A DNA stretch of 64,000 nucleotides from a bacterium (GCA_026225095.1 JAMFSC010000072.1:383-64382); one strand, 5' to 3'; shown: positions 13,663 through 22,996, numbered from the stretch's first letter. Notes: generated from the letters alone by a model not told the origin. A program made the numbers and translations.

Positions 13663-14478
13663 ATGTATCTGACTCTCCAATCAGCACAGCCCGTTCAGCC
13701 AGTCCAGACCTTCCAGCCGATCTACACCCCATCGATCTGGGAGAACATGGGCGATGCGCTGCACCAATCGGTCACACGTGTGCTCTCGCTGCTGATCAGC
13801 CTGCTGCCTGGGCTGCTGGCGCTTCTGCTGGCGGTCGCGGTGCTGGCGGCGATCGGCATGCTGCTGAGCTACATCGTCCGGCGGATTCTCACTTCGGTAC
13901 GGTTTGACGATCGTCTGGCTGGAAATCAGTCTTCTGGGATCGCCGATTGGTCTCCGTCGCATTCGCCGACGATCCTCGTGGCTCGAACGGTGCTTTGGGC
14001 GTGCGTGTTGCTTGGCCTGGTGATCGGGATCTCGGCGTTCAGCGCGTCGTATTCGGCGGACTCGCAGACACCGTACGTCTTCCTGCCTTACCTGACGCAT
14101 TCGGTGGGGGCGATCCTGCTGCTGTTCGTCGGCAACCTGATCGCGCGGTTTCTGGCGCGTTCGGTGCTGATCGGCGCGGTCAATCAGAAGCTGCAGTATG
14201 CGCGTTTCCTGTCGGTTGGCGTGAAATGGCTTGTGCTGGTGCTGACGGCCGCGATGGTGCTCGATCACCTGCACATCGGCGGAACGATCGTCGGGCTTGC
14301 GTTTGGGATTCTGTTTGGCGGGATTGTTCTGACGCTATCACTGGCGATTGGGCTAGGATCGCGCGATCTGGTCACGCGTTCGATCGAGAAGAGCATCGAT
14401 CGTTCGGACCTGATATCGCGGGACCCTCTGGCCCCTCTGCCGGGCGAAGAGGTCGGGGAGACGTTCCGGCACTTCTGA
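13663..14478 (+). CDS. Multi-pass membrane protein (resembles the conserved TM-helix repeats of MscS-family N-termini)
   Basis: Several hydrophobic helices are present (LLISLLPGLLALLLAVAVLAAIGMLL and others). GGAGA precedes the ATG. Confidence 0.6.
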   Translation: MYLTLQSAQPVQPVQTFQPIYTPSIWENMGDALHQSVTRVLSLLISLLPGLLALLLAVAVLAAIGMLLSYIVRRILTSVRFDDRLAGNQSSGIADWSPSHSPTILVARTVLWACVLLGLVIGISAFSASYSADSQTPYVFLPYLTHSVGAILLLFVGNLIARFLARSVLIGAVNQKLQYARFLSVGVKWLVLVLTAAMVLDHLHIGGTIVGLAFGILFGGIVLTLSLAIGLGSRDLVTRSIEKSIDRSDLISRDPLAPLPGEEVGETFRHF

Positions 14479-14538
14479 CTTGTATTCGATGGCCGGGTGT
14501 CATCGGTCGAGAATTGTTCTATTCTCTTTGATAACCCG

Positions 14539-16932
14539 ATGGCCAAGACCGAAGCACCAAAACCGATACTCGGGACCTCTCCCCTCCGAAAAGAGGGCGT
14601 CGCCAAGGTTCTGGGTGCGACCCGTTATATCGACGACATTGCGCTGGACGGGATGCTGTTTGGCGCGACGGTGCGGGCGTCGATCGCTCGGGGTCGCATC
14701 CTCGATATCCAATTCGAACAGAAGGATGACCTGGGCAATCCGATCGACTGGTCGAAGTTCACGATTGTGACGGCCAATGACATTCCCGGGGAGAACACAA
14801 TCGTCCACCTGACCAAGGATCATCCCTGCCTGGCTGCTGAGTTCATCAACCATCCGGAGGAGCCGATCCTGCTGCTGGCGCACCGCGAGAAGGCGATGCT
14901 TCCGGCTGCGGTTGCGGCGGTGAAGATCACGTACGAGGAGTGGCCTGGGGTCTTCACCATCGAGGACTCGGAGGCGGGGATCGAGCGGGCGAAGGCGGGC
15001 GATGAAACAGGTGTGATCTGGCGCGGGCATGGGCATGGCGGCGGGAACAATACCTTCAAGACCTACTGCATGTTGAAAGACCAAACGGAGATTCCAGAGA
15101 GCGTGTGGGCCGAGGCCGCATACATCGTCGAGGGGGAGTACCGGACGGGGGCGCAGGAGCAGCTTTACATCGAGAACAACGGTGTGATCGCAGAGTGCGT
15201 CGTGGCCGATGAAGCCGTGCAAGAGGTGACGGTGCAGGGCTCGATGCAGTGCCCGTTCTATCTCGTCCACGCGCTGGAGCTTGTGTTCAATTTACCCGCC
15301 GACCGGTGCAGGGTGATCCAGGTGGAGACGGGAGGGGCATTCGGGGGTAAGGAAGACTTTCCTTCCGTGATCGGATCGCACGCGGCGCTGCTGGCGATGA
15401 AGTCTGGGCGGCCTGTGAAGATGACGTACGACCGGGCGGAGGACATGGTCGCGACGACCAAGCGGCATCCCTCTCGAACGCGGCATCGCACGGCGGTGGC
15501 GAAGGATGGCAGGCTGCTGGCGGGGGAGATTGAATTTGTGATCGATGGGGGAGCTTATGCGACGCTGTCTCCGGTGGTGCTTTCGCGCGGGGTGATCCAT
15601 TCTCCGGGGCCCTATGACTGGCCCTATCTGCGCGTGGATGGGAGGGCGGTGGCGACCAACGTTGCTCCGCATGGGGCGTTTCGCGGCTTTGGGGCTCCGC
15701 AGAGCATCTTCGCGGTGGAACGGCATATGGACAAGATCGCCGGGGTAGTGGGAATCACTCCGGAGGAGATGCGGCGGAGGAACTTTCTAAAGTCTGGGGA
15801 GAAGACGGCTACGGGCCAGCATCTTTCGGACCCAGTCGATCTACAGGGGCTACTGACGCGGGCGCTGCGCGAGGCGGACTATCACCGGAAGCGCGAGGAG
15901 TTTGCCCGGACCAACGTGGGGGCGGTCGTGAAGCGTGGGATTGGGTTTGCGAGCTTCTTTCACGGATCTGGATTTACGGGGTCGGGGGAGCGGCGGCTGA
16001 ACTCGCTCGTCGAGATCGAGCTGAACGCGGAGGGGATGCCGAACATCCTGGTTTCCTCGACGGAGTTTGGGCAGGGGACGAACACGATCCTGTGCCAGGT
16101 GGCGGCGCAGACTCTGAAGATTCCCTATGACGATGTGCTGATTGCCCAACCGGATACTTACCGGGTTCCTAACTCGGGACCGACGGTGGCGAGCCGGACG
16201 GCGATGATCGTGGGCAAGCTGGTGGAGCGGGCGGCCGAGCAGCTTTGTGTCACCCTGGTGGGGTCGGGCTTTCTGGCCGAAGGGTATACGGGCGAGGAGT
16301 TCAAGGACGGGGCGAAGCGGTATCTGGCTGCGAACGGGGCGTTGAAGGCGAGCGTGCGGTACCAGGCTCCGGCGGATATCTTCTGGGATGACGAGCAGTA
16401 TCGGGGGGATGCGTACCCGGCGTATGCGTGGGCAGTCTATGTGGCTGAGGTCGCTGTCGATACGCGGACCTACCAGGCGACGGTGACGGACTTTCATGCG
16501 CTGCAGGAGGTGGGCAAGGTCCTGCATCCGAAGCTCGCCGCCGGGCAGATTGAGGGTGGGGTCGCGCAGGGGATCGGGTATGCGCTGTACGAGAAGTGCG
16601 TGTGGCAGAACGGGCGGATGGCCAATAACCAGATGACGAACTACATTATGCCGACGAGTGCGGATCTGCCACCGATTCATGCACATTTCGAAGAGGTGCC
16701 GTCAATCCATGGCCCGGGCGGGGCCAAGGGGATTGGGGAGCTGCCGATGGATGGGCCGGCTCCGGCGATCCTGAATGCGATCGAGCAGGCGACGGGCATT
16801 GCGTTTGGAGAGATTCCGCTGCTGCCGGAGGATATCTTCGCCCGGATGACGGGAACCGACGGGGCGGAGAAACTAAATCCGGACGTGATGGAGCCCGCGA
16901 TTGCCGCGGCGGTGGGCGAGGTGGGGGATTGA
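14539..16932 (+). CDS. Xanthine dehydrogenase/aldehyde oxidase family, molybdopterin-binding large subunit
   Basis: Family blocks are present (LRKEGVAKVLGATRYIDD, GGAFGGKE, GFGAPQ, GQIEGGVAQGIGYAL, PMDGP). The start could instead be GTG 14497. Confidence 0.9.
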   Translation: MAKTEAPKPILGTSPLRKEGVAKVLGATRYIDDIALDGMLFGATVRASIARGRILDIQFEQKDDLGNPIDWSKFTIVTANDIPGENTIVHLTKDHPCLAAEFINHPEEPILLLAHREKAMLPAAVAAVKITYEEWPGVFTIEDSEAGIERAKAGDETGVIWRGHGHGGGNNTFKTYCMLKDQTEIPESVWAEAAYIVEGEYRTGAQEQLYIENNGVIAECVVADEAVQEVTVQGSMQCPFYLVHALELVFNLPADRCRVIQVETGGAFGGKEDFPSVIGSHAALLAMKSGRPVKMTYDRAEDMVATTKRHPSRTRHRTAVAKDGRLLAGEIEFVIDGGAYATLSPVVLSRGVIHSPGPYDWPYLRVDGRAVATNVAPHGAFRGFGAPQSIFAVERHMDKIAGVVGITPEEMRRRNFLKSGEKTATGQHLSDPVDLQGLLTRALREADYHRKREEFARTNVGAVVKRGIGFASFFHGSGFTGSGERRLNSLVEIELNAEGMPNILVSSTEFGQGTNTILCQVAAQTLKIPYDDVLIAQPDTYRVPNSGPTVASRTAMIVGKLVERAAEQLCVTLVGSGFLAEGYTGEEFKDGAKRYLAANGALKASVRYQAPADIFWDDEQYRGDAYPAYAWAVYVAEVAVDTRTYQATVTDFHALQEVGKVLHPKLAAGQIEGGVAQGIGYALYEKCVWQNGRMANNQMTNYIMPTSADLPPIHAHFEEVPSIHGPGGAKGIGELPMDGPAPAILNAIEQATGIAFGEIPLLPEDIFARMTGTDGAEKLNPDVMEPAIAAAVGEVGD

Positions 16933-17408
16933 TGGCGGGCTTAGCTGCGGTGAGGTTTCGGGTGAATGGGGTGGAGCGGACGGTGGAGGCTCCTCCGGTG
17001 AAGAGGCTTCTGGATGTATTGCGCGAAGATCTGCAACTGACCGGAACCAAGGAGGGCTGCGGCGAGGGAGAGTGCGGATCGTGCGCGGTGCTGATGAATG
17101 GGGAGTTGGTGAACAGCTGCCTGGTCCCGGTGCTGCAGGCGGAGGGGGCAGTCGTCTGCACGATTGAGGGTGTCTCCGTCGATGGACGGCTGGCGCCGGT
17201 GCAGCAGTGTTTTCTGGAAGAGGGTGGGGCGCAGTGCGGAATCTGCACGCCGGGGATGATTCTTGCGACGCATCATCTGCTGGAGAAGTATCCGCAACCG
17301 ACCTTGTTACAGATTCAGGAAGGGCTGGCCGGGAATCTGTGCAGGTGTACGGGGTATATGCGGATCTTCGAGGCGGTTCGGCAGGCGAGCGAGCGGGGTA
17401 GAGACTAA
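16932..17408 (+). CDS. (2Fe-2S)-binding small subunit of molybdenum hydroxylase
   Basis: Both cysteine clusters are present (GCGEGECGSCAV and CGICTPGM...CRCTGY). Its start overlaps the stop of the large-subunit gene (TGATG). Confidence 0.9.
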   Translation: MAGLAAVRFRVNGVERTVEAPPVKRLLDVLREDLQLTGTKEGCGEGECGSCAVLMNGELVNSCLVPVLQAEGAVVCTIEGVSVDGRLAPVQQCFLEEGGAQCGICTPGMILATHHLLEKYPQPTLLQIQEGLAGNLCRCTGYMRIFEAVRQASERGRD

Positions 17409-18268
17409 TGCGGTCGAACCCTGCGCACTATGAGATGGTCGCACCTGCGACGCTCGACGATGTCCTGGCTCTGCTTGCGCACGCTCCCGGGGTGCATACG
17501 CCGATGGCGGGTGGGACGGAGTTGATGGTGGCGCTGGGCGCGGGAAGGCTTGCGACGCGGCGGCTGGTCTCGATCAACCATCTGCGGGAGCTGCGGTTTA
17601 TCTCCACGGACGACGGGTTGGTCACGATTGGGTCGGGAACCACCTTCAGCGATGTGCGGCGGAGTGCGGTGATCGCGGCGGAGTTTGGGCTTCTGGCGGA
17701 GGCGGCGAGTTGGACCGGGTCAGTCGCGAATCAGAACCGGGGAACGCTCGGGGGGAATATCGTCAATGCGAGCCCGGCGGCGGATTCGCCACCCGCCCTG
17801 CTGGCGTACGACGCGGAGGTTCGGCTGGTCAGTGTGCGCGGAATGCGGACGCTTCCCTACCGGGAGTTTCACCTGGGATATAAGAAGACGGCGCTGGAGC
17901 CGGATGAGCTGGTGCACTCGATTGTGCTTCCGCGGGTGTACGCGGGATGGGTAGGGTACATCCGCAAAGTTGGAACTCGGAACGCGCAGGCGATCTCGAA
18001 GGTCGCGTTGGCGGGACTGGCGAGGATGGAGGGCGGACGGGTGCGGGATGTGAGGATTGCCGCGGCCAGTCTGCGAGAGATACCGGTGCGGTGTCTGGCG
18101 ACCGAAGCGGCGGTGATAGGGAGGGAGATTACGGCGGAGACGATTCAGGCGGCGCGGGTGGCGATGATGAGGGAGGCTCGACCGATTGACGACATTCGGA
18201 GCTCCGCGAAGTATCGCGCTGCGGTAGCGGGAAACCTGGTGGAGGAGTTCCTGAGGCGACTGCTTTAG
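17408..18268 (+). CDS. FAD-binding medium subunit of molybdenum hydroxylase (CoxM/XdhB-like)
   Basis: FAD-binding PCMH-type blocks are present (AGGTELMV, GTLGGNIVNASPAADS), with a C-terminal SSAKYRAAVAGNL. A TAATG overlap joins it to the upstream gene. Confidence 0.9.
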   Translation: MRSNPAHYEMVAPATLDDVLALLAHAPGVHTPMAGGTELMVALGAGRLATRRLVSINHLRELRFISTDDGLVTIGSGTTFSDVRRSAVIAAEFGLLAEAASWTGSVANQNRGTLGGNIVNASPAADSPPALLAYDAEVRLVSVRGMRTLPYREFHLGYKKTALEPDELVHSIVLPRVYAGWVGYIRKVGTRNAQAISKVALAGLARMEGGRVRDVRIAAASLREIPVRCLATEAAVIGREITAETIQAARVAMMREARPIDDIRSSAKYRAAVAGNLVEEFLRRLL

Positions 18269-18291
18269 AACAGATTGCCTGTTGGCATCAA

Positions 18292-18350
18292 GTCGGGTGC
18301 CCCACCTTCGCGACACGTCTCATCGTCGCTAAGGTGGGTCGGAGCGCCAC
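18292..18350. repeat. REP-like imperfect palindrome, copy 1
   Basis: The sequence is GTCGGGTGCCCCACCTTCGCGACACGTCTCATCGTCGCTAAGGTGGGTCGGAGCGCCAC. The arms CCCACCTTCGCGAC and GTCGCTAAGGTGGG pair with one mismatch. A near-identical inverted copy lies at 23067-23125. Confidence 0.85.
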
Positions 18351-18368
18351 GGTACCCGACCCGGAACC

Positions 18369-18753
18369 CTACACCTTCAGCGAATCCGCTCCTGGAGCTA
18401 TTCTCCATTCGCTGTGGTCTTCAGGACCGAAGGCCCGACATATAAGGAGCGCAACCACACCTCCGGGAGAATTGTTTTAGGAAAGCCCTGATCGAGTCGA
18501 CCATGTTGACCCTCGGACAGAGCCAGGCTGTCCGATAATCGAAGCAAAAACATACCACTTTCCTATTCGCGGTTTCTGTCCAGTTTTTCCAGGCAAAGTA
18601 CCACGTTGTGCGATCAAAAAGTCTCTGGCAAAACATTGGCAAATCAGCAACCGCCGCCCATAACCCCTTTAGAAAACCACGATTACAGCGATGCATCGAA
18701 AATGATGCAAAACAAACCACTTTATTAGAAAAATTCTACCCAGTGGTCCTACC
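18369..18753 (-). repeat. Conserved non-coding element, copy A (candidate structured RNA read on the minus strand)
   Basis: Its reverse complement aligns end to end with 21857-22206 through long identical blocks (see findings). No reading frame is shared between the two copies. Confidence 0.8.
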
Positions 18754-18796
18754 TATAGTTCGGTCCAGGAACTAAACCAAAACACATTCCATTCCT

Positions 18797-19381
18797 TCAA
18801 ACGTCAGAAGTTCCGTAGCTGGATTGGGTCGAGAAGAGGCGGTGCATGGCGGCGAGATCTTCGGGGGTGTCGACGTCGAGGTCGCCATGGGGCAGGGGGA
18901 TCGTGGGCGCGGACTGGAGGAGCGCGCGGGCTCCTGCATCGCCTTTGAGCGCACAAAGCGCAGGGAAAGTTGACGCGGGGAAGAAGGCGGGGACACCTTT
19001 GCAGCCGGCGTAAGCCGAGGCGGTGAGAGTTCCTCCGGCCACGAGTGCTTGAAGATGGCCTGGGGTCACCGTGGGCATGTCGCAGGTGAGGACCAACGTG
19101 GAATCCTTACCGTGGAGTGCGGCAATGGCGAGGCGGAGGCTGGAGGCCATGCCTTCTTGCCAGTCTGGGTTGATCAGAATCTGGGTGTCGGGCAGGGGGC
19201 AAGCCTGCTGGATGCGGGCGGCGTTGGCTCCCAGAACGACGACGATGGGCGCGCAGCCAGCCTCGCGAGCGGTGCGAATGGCTCGGTCGAGTAGGGTTTC
19301 CTGCTGGAGGGAGACGAGTTGTTTGGGGGAGCCGAGACGCGTGGAGGCTCCCGCGGCCAGGATGATTGCGGCAGAGGTCAC
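18797..19381 (-). CDS. MobA/MocA-like molybdenum cofactor nucleotidyltransferase
   Basis: The signature AAIILAAGASTRLGSPKQL is present, with a downstream TCDMP block. A GTG start at 19381 overlaps the xdhC stop (GTGA). The ORF track extends further upstream, into xdhC. Confidence 0.8.
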   Translation of the reverse strand: MTSAAIILAAGASTRLGSPKQLVSLQQETLLDRAIRTAREAGCAPIVVVLGANAARIQQACPLPDTQILINPDWQEGMASSLRLAIAALHGKDSTLVLTCDMPTVTPGHLQALVAGGTLTASAYAGCKGVPAFFPASTFPALCALKGDAGARALLQSAPTIPLPHGDLDVDTPEDLAAMHRLFSTQSSYGTSDV

Positions 19382-20508
19382 GAGGCCCGGTCTATATCGA
19401 ATGCGTCGACTTCGAATGCGGCGGCGCATTGGACCTGGAGATAGCGGCTCGCGCCTCCGCGTTCGATCTGCTGGGCGACGTCCTGCGGTGTGAGCCGGCG
19501 GGAGGCGGGCAGCTTGCCCTGGCACGCGGCCTGGATCTCGGCGGTGATGGCGAGGGCGATGGCCTCGGGGCCGTCGCCTCCGAGATCGAGGCCGATCGGG
19601 GCGTGGATGCGGGCGCAGCAGGCGGCGATGGACTGGCCGCTGAGGGCCGCGGCTTCGGCGACGAGCAGAGCTGTGCGGTGGCGGGCGCCGAGGATTCCGA
19701 GGTAGCGGTTCGATGGAGTGGCGAGCACGGCTGCGAGGCAGTCTCGATCCTGCTCGTAGCTGTGGGTCATGAGAACGATGGCGTCCTTTGGGCCGATTCG
19801 CAGCGTCTGGACGCAGTCCCGGGGTTCACGCAGGGTAAGCACTGTGTGGGCCTCAGGGAAGCGGTCGCGGCGGGCGAGGTTGGCGCGGCCATCCGCGACG
19901 ACGATGTTCCAGCCGAGGAGCGCGGCCATACTTGCGACGGGGCGCGCGTCGTCTCCCGCGCCGAGGAGGATGAGGCGCTGCGGAGCTTCGAGGTGTTCGG
20001 TAAAGATGGTTTCAGCCGGGTGGGGATGGGCTATGGCTTCATGAGGCAGGGATTCGCTGCGAAAGAGGACTTTGCCAGTGGGATCGAGGATGGCTCGGCG
20101 GAGGGGGCGGGTCGGGGTGGGAAGCCAGGTATGGACGACGGACTCAGTGCCGGTGAGGGAGGATTGCATGGCGGCGAGCAGGGCACGGGCTTCCGGGGTG
20201 TCGGTGCGCTCGAGGAGGAGGTCGACGGTACCTCCGCAGCCGAGGCCGTAGGGGATATCGGCGGTGTCGTCGAACATGGTGGAATAGCGCTCGACGATGG
20301 GCCCGTTGCGGACCATCCAGAGGGCCTTTCGCGTGACCTCAGACTCGAGGCAGCCTCCGCTGATGGTTCCGGCGTAGGCGCCGTTGGAGCCGAGGAGGAG
20401 ATGCGCTCCGGGGCGGCGGTAGCTGGATCCTTCGATACGGACGAGCGTGACGAGAACCTGCGCGTGGCCGGTGAGGTCAAGTTCGACGATGCGTCTGCGT
20501 TCCAGCAT
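19378..20508 (-). CDS. XdhC/CoxI family molybdenum hydroxylase maturation factor
   Basis: The XdhC N-domain is present (LVRIEGSSYRRPGAHLLL...GTISGGCLE), as is the Rossmann-like C-domain (LILLGAGDDARPV). The start is set at the MLERRR methionine and is uncertain by a few codons. Confidence 0.85.
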   Translation of the reverse strand: MLERRRIVELDLTGHAQVLVTLVRIEGSSYRRPGAHLLLGSNGAYAGTISGGCLESEVTRKALWMVRNGPIVERYSTMFDDTADIPYGLGCGGTVDLLLERTDTPEARALLAAMQSSLTGTESVVHTWLPTPTRPLRRAILDPTGKVLFRSESLPHEAIAHPHPAETIFTEHLEAPQRLILLGAGDDARPVASMAALLGWNIVVADGRANLARRDRFPEAHTVLTLREPRDCVQTLRIGPKDAIVLMTHSYEQDRDCLAAVLATPSNRYLGILGARHRTALLVAEAAALSGQSIAACCARIHAPIGLDLGGDGPEAIALAITAEIQAACQGKLPASRRLTPQDVAQQIERGGASRYLQVQCAAAFEVDAFDIDRAS

Positions 20509-20680
20509 GACTTTTCCCCTGGGCATGGGATGCAGAATGGGCTTGGCCCGGTTCAGACGGTTGCGCGCAGAACTCCGGGAAGCCTTGGGCGGCTTTCGCC
20601 TCATTTTATCTCTTTGTCTGTCTCCCCTCCGGCGCTCACTCTCCCGCGCCCAAGGGATGGATCGTGGGGAGTGAGCGGAA

Positions 20681-21679
20681 TTATTTGCCTGCGCCTGCTT
20701 TTGTCTTCGACATCAGGGCGTCGACGTTGGTCTGATCGATGAGGGATACTCCAGTATCCACGAACGATGGGAAGGGCGAGAACGGATCGAGTGCGTAGTC
20801 GTGGGAAAGCGGCGTGACGGGGGTGTGGTTGATCTCATCGAGGGCTTTGAGTCCGAGAAAGGCCATGCTGAAGGGCTTCTGGGCGATGGTCGAATCGACG
20901 GTTCCACGCCGGACTAGGTCGAGGGTCGGGTCGTCGGTATCCATGCCGATGAGCACGCGCCCGGTGGACTTCATGCGTTCGAAGATCTCGCCGACGTCCT
21001 TGGCCGCCGAGGCCTCGAGGCAGACGACGGCGTCGATTTTTTCAGCGCCGGTCCGACCAAGATAATCTTTTGTCTTGTCCATGGCGGTGCCGGCGTCGCC
21101 CTTCATGTCGAAGACCTCGACGACCTTGATGCCGGGAAATCCGGCGAAGACGTCCTTGTACCCTTTGAGGCGCTCGTCGAGGTTGGGCTGGCCGGGGTTG
21201 GAGAAGAAGACGACGTTGCCTTTGCCATTGAGTACGGCGGCAAGGCGTTGGCCGCCGAGGCGACCGGCCGCGAGGTTGTTGGTCCCGATGAAGTAGAGGC
21301 GATGACTCTCGGGCGAATCGGAGTCCATCGTGATGACCGGAACTCCGGCGGCAATGGCACTGTCGATCTCGGGCGCCATGAGGGGTGAGTTGCTGACTGA
21401 AACGAGGATTCCGGCGGGCTTGAGGGCGGCTACCTTGTGGAACTCGGCTACTTCGGCCTGCGGATCGAAGGTTTCTGGTCCGACCATTTCGGCGGTGACG
21501 CCGTACTGGTCGGCAGCCTTCGCAAACCCCGCCCGCGCGTTTTGCCAATAGGTCAGTTTGACGTTGGTGGCGACGAGGTAATAATGCTCCGCCTTGCTGT
21601 GGCGGGTGCACCCCGATAGAAGTGGAAGTACGGCGGCAAGGAAGATCCAGGCCATCCGGTCGTTTGCAGTCCTCATCAT
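20681..21679 (-). CDS. Periplasmic sugar-binding lipoprotein (ABC-type, RbsB-like); no permease or ATPase gene is adjacent
   Basis: A lipobox is present (LPLLSGC). The sequence is type-I periplasmic binding protein-like throughout (YYLVATNVKLTYWQ, VFFSNPGQPNLDER). Confidence 0.8.
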   Translation of the reverse strand: MMRTANDRMAWIFLAAVLPLLSGCTRHSKAEHYYLVATNVKLTYWQNARAGFAKAADQYGVTAEMVGPETFDPQAEVAEFHKVAALKPAGILVSVSNSPLMAPEIDSAIAAGVPVITMDSDSPESHRLYFIGTNNLAAGRLGGQRLAAVLNGKGNVVFFSNPGQPNLDERLKGYKDVFAGFPGIKVVEVFDMKGDAGTAMDKTKDYLGRTGAEKIDAVVCLEASAAKDVGEIFERMKSTGRVLIGMDTDDPTLDLVRRGTVDSTIAQKPFSMAFLGLKALDEINHTPVTPLSHDYALDPFSPFPSFVDTGVSLIDQTNVDALMSKTKAGAGK

Positions 21680-21856
21680 CGCTCTCCTGAAAGATTGATC
21701 GTCGCGGATTTGAGTAACTCGCATTCGTTATTCCTGCGAGGGGCCGATGTTACTCCAACCGTGCGAAGGTAGACAATGCCCGCTTTCGCGACCCGATGAT
21801 CGCGGGGAGGTGGCAGCGGACACGGAGAAAAAAGGGGGCGCGTTTCCAGCCTAAAT

Positions 21857-22206
21857 GGTCGGACCTCTTGGCTTTATTCTTCTAATAAAGTGGTATGAAA
21901 TCGCTGCTTTTTCCCAACTTCCCGCATCCATGGTTTTCTAAACGGGTTAGCAGGCAACGATGCGAATTTCCCAATGTTTCACCAGGAGTTTTTTGTGTGC
22001 AGAACATGGGCCGTTGCATGGAAAAACTGGACAGCGGGCGGTGTTTTCGAAAGTGGTATGCTCTCGTGCGTTTATCGCGCAGTTGAAGGCATTCAGCCCG
22101 CGGTCGTTCGCAGGCAAGGAACCCGGGCCTTACCCAGGTCGGGCCTTCGGCCCTGACGGCACGGCGATTGGAGAATCGTTCTAGAGCGGATTTGGTGCTG
22201 GTGTAG
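21857..22206 (+). repeat. Conserved non-coding element, copy B (candidate structured RNA read on the plus strand)
   Basis: It shares blocks with copy A: TTCTAATAAAGTGGT, TGGTTTTCTAAA, TGGAAAAACTGGACAG, GAAAGTGGTATG, GTCGGGCCTTCGG, GAGCGGATT and GGTGTAG. A GGGCC-TTCG-GGCCC hairpin lies at 22141-22154. Confidence 0.8.
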
Positions 22207-22282
22207 AGGAAAACAAACGCAGATTCCCTACGGGAATGACAGACAGAAGGGCAAAGACCACTACAGCAAGGCTGACTTTGCT

Positions 22283-22996
22283 CTAGCTCTTGTGGGAGAA
22301 GGTGTGGATGCCGCACTCGAGCTTGTTGCCTCCCCAGCGTCCGCTGCGGGGATCGGCTCCGGCGGCGGGGATTGCGGTGCAGGGCTCGCAGCCGATGCTG
22401 GTGTAGCCGCGGTCGTAGAGCTCGAGGCGGGGAATCTGGTGCTCTTCGGCGTAGGCGTTGACCTGGGCCATGGTCCAGTCGGCGAGGATGGAGACCTTTT
22501 TCATCTTCTTGCCGGTGGGGGTGGTGTGGTCTTCCACCTTCTTGAGATTGGCTCGGGTTGGGGATTGCTCGCGGCGGAGGCCGGTGAACCACCAGTCGTA
22601 GTGCTCGAGCGAACGCATGAGGGGCTCCACCTTGCGCATCTGGCAGCAGTTGGTGGGTTGAACGATGTGGAGTTTGCCGTACTGGCCCTCGTGCTCTTCG
22701 AGGGAGAGGAGGGGCATGGCGTTGATGAGGTTCAGGTTCCACTCGGCGGTGAGGCGGTCTCGGTAGGCGAGGAGCTCGGGGAAGTGGTAACCGGTCTCGA
22801 GGAAGATGACCGGGACCGTGGGGAACTGCTGGCGCAGGAGATGAAGGACGACCATGTCTTCGGTCTGGAAGCTCGAGGTCAGGCAGATGGGGGCGCCGTC
22901 GGCGTCCGCAAGGACCTGGGCGATGAGGGCCTCGGGGGCGAGGGTTTCGTAGTCGATGGGAGCTAGCCAGTTGGCGACGGTTTCTACGAGGCTCAT
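22283..22996 (-). CDS. cysH: Assimilatory adenylyl-sulfate (APS)/PAPS reductase; the Cys pattern suggests the Fe-S APS reductase type
   Basis: The C-terminal ECGIH motif is present, together with the Cys pair NCCQ and the CEPC motif. These are typical of [4Fe-4S] APS reductases. The start is at the MSLVETV methionine. Confidence 0.9.
   Translation of the reverse strand: MSLVETVANWLAPIDYETLAPEALIAQVLADADGAPICLTSSFQTEDMVVLHLLRQQFPTVPVIFLETGYHFPELLAYRDRLTAEWNLNLINAMPLLSLEEHEGQYGKLHIVQPTNCCQMRKVEPLMRSLEHYDWWFTGLRREQSPTRANLKKVEDHTTPTGKKMKKVSILADWTMAQVNAYAEEHQIPRLELYDRGYTSIGCEPCTAIPAAGADPRSGRWGGNKLECGIHTFSHKS

Noticed and set aside
18421-18720. A 99-aa minus-strand ORF (and 60-74-aa ORFs at 21895-22184) inside the conserved non-coding element
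   Set aside because: No frame is conserved between the two element copies. Differences are clustered, not at third codon positions. Conserved blocks fall in different frames.
19366-20742. A 458-aa plus-strand ORF antisense to xdhC
   Set aside because: The translation is Gly/Ala/Glu-rich and low-complexity. xdhC on the minus strand has clear family blocks.
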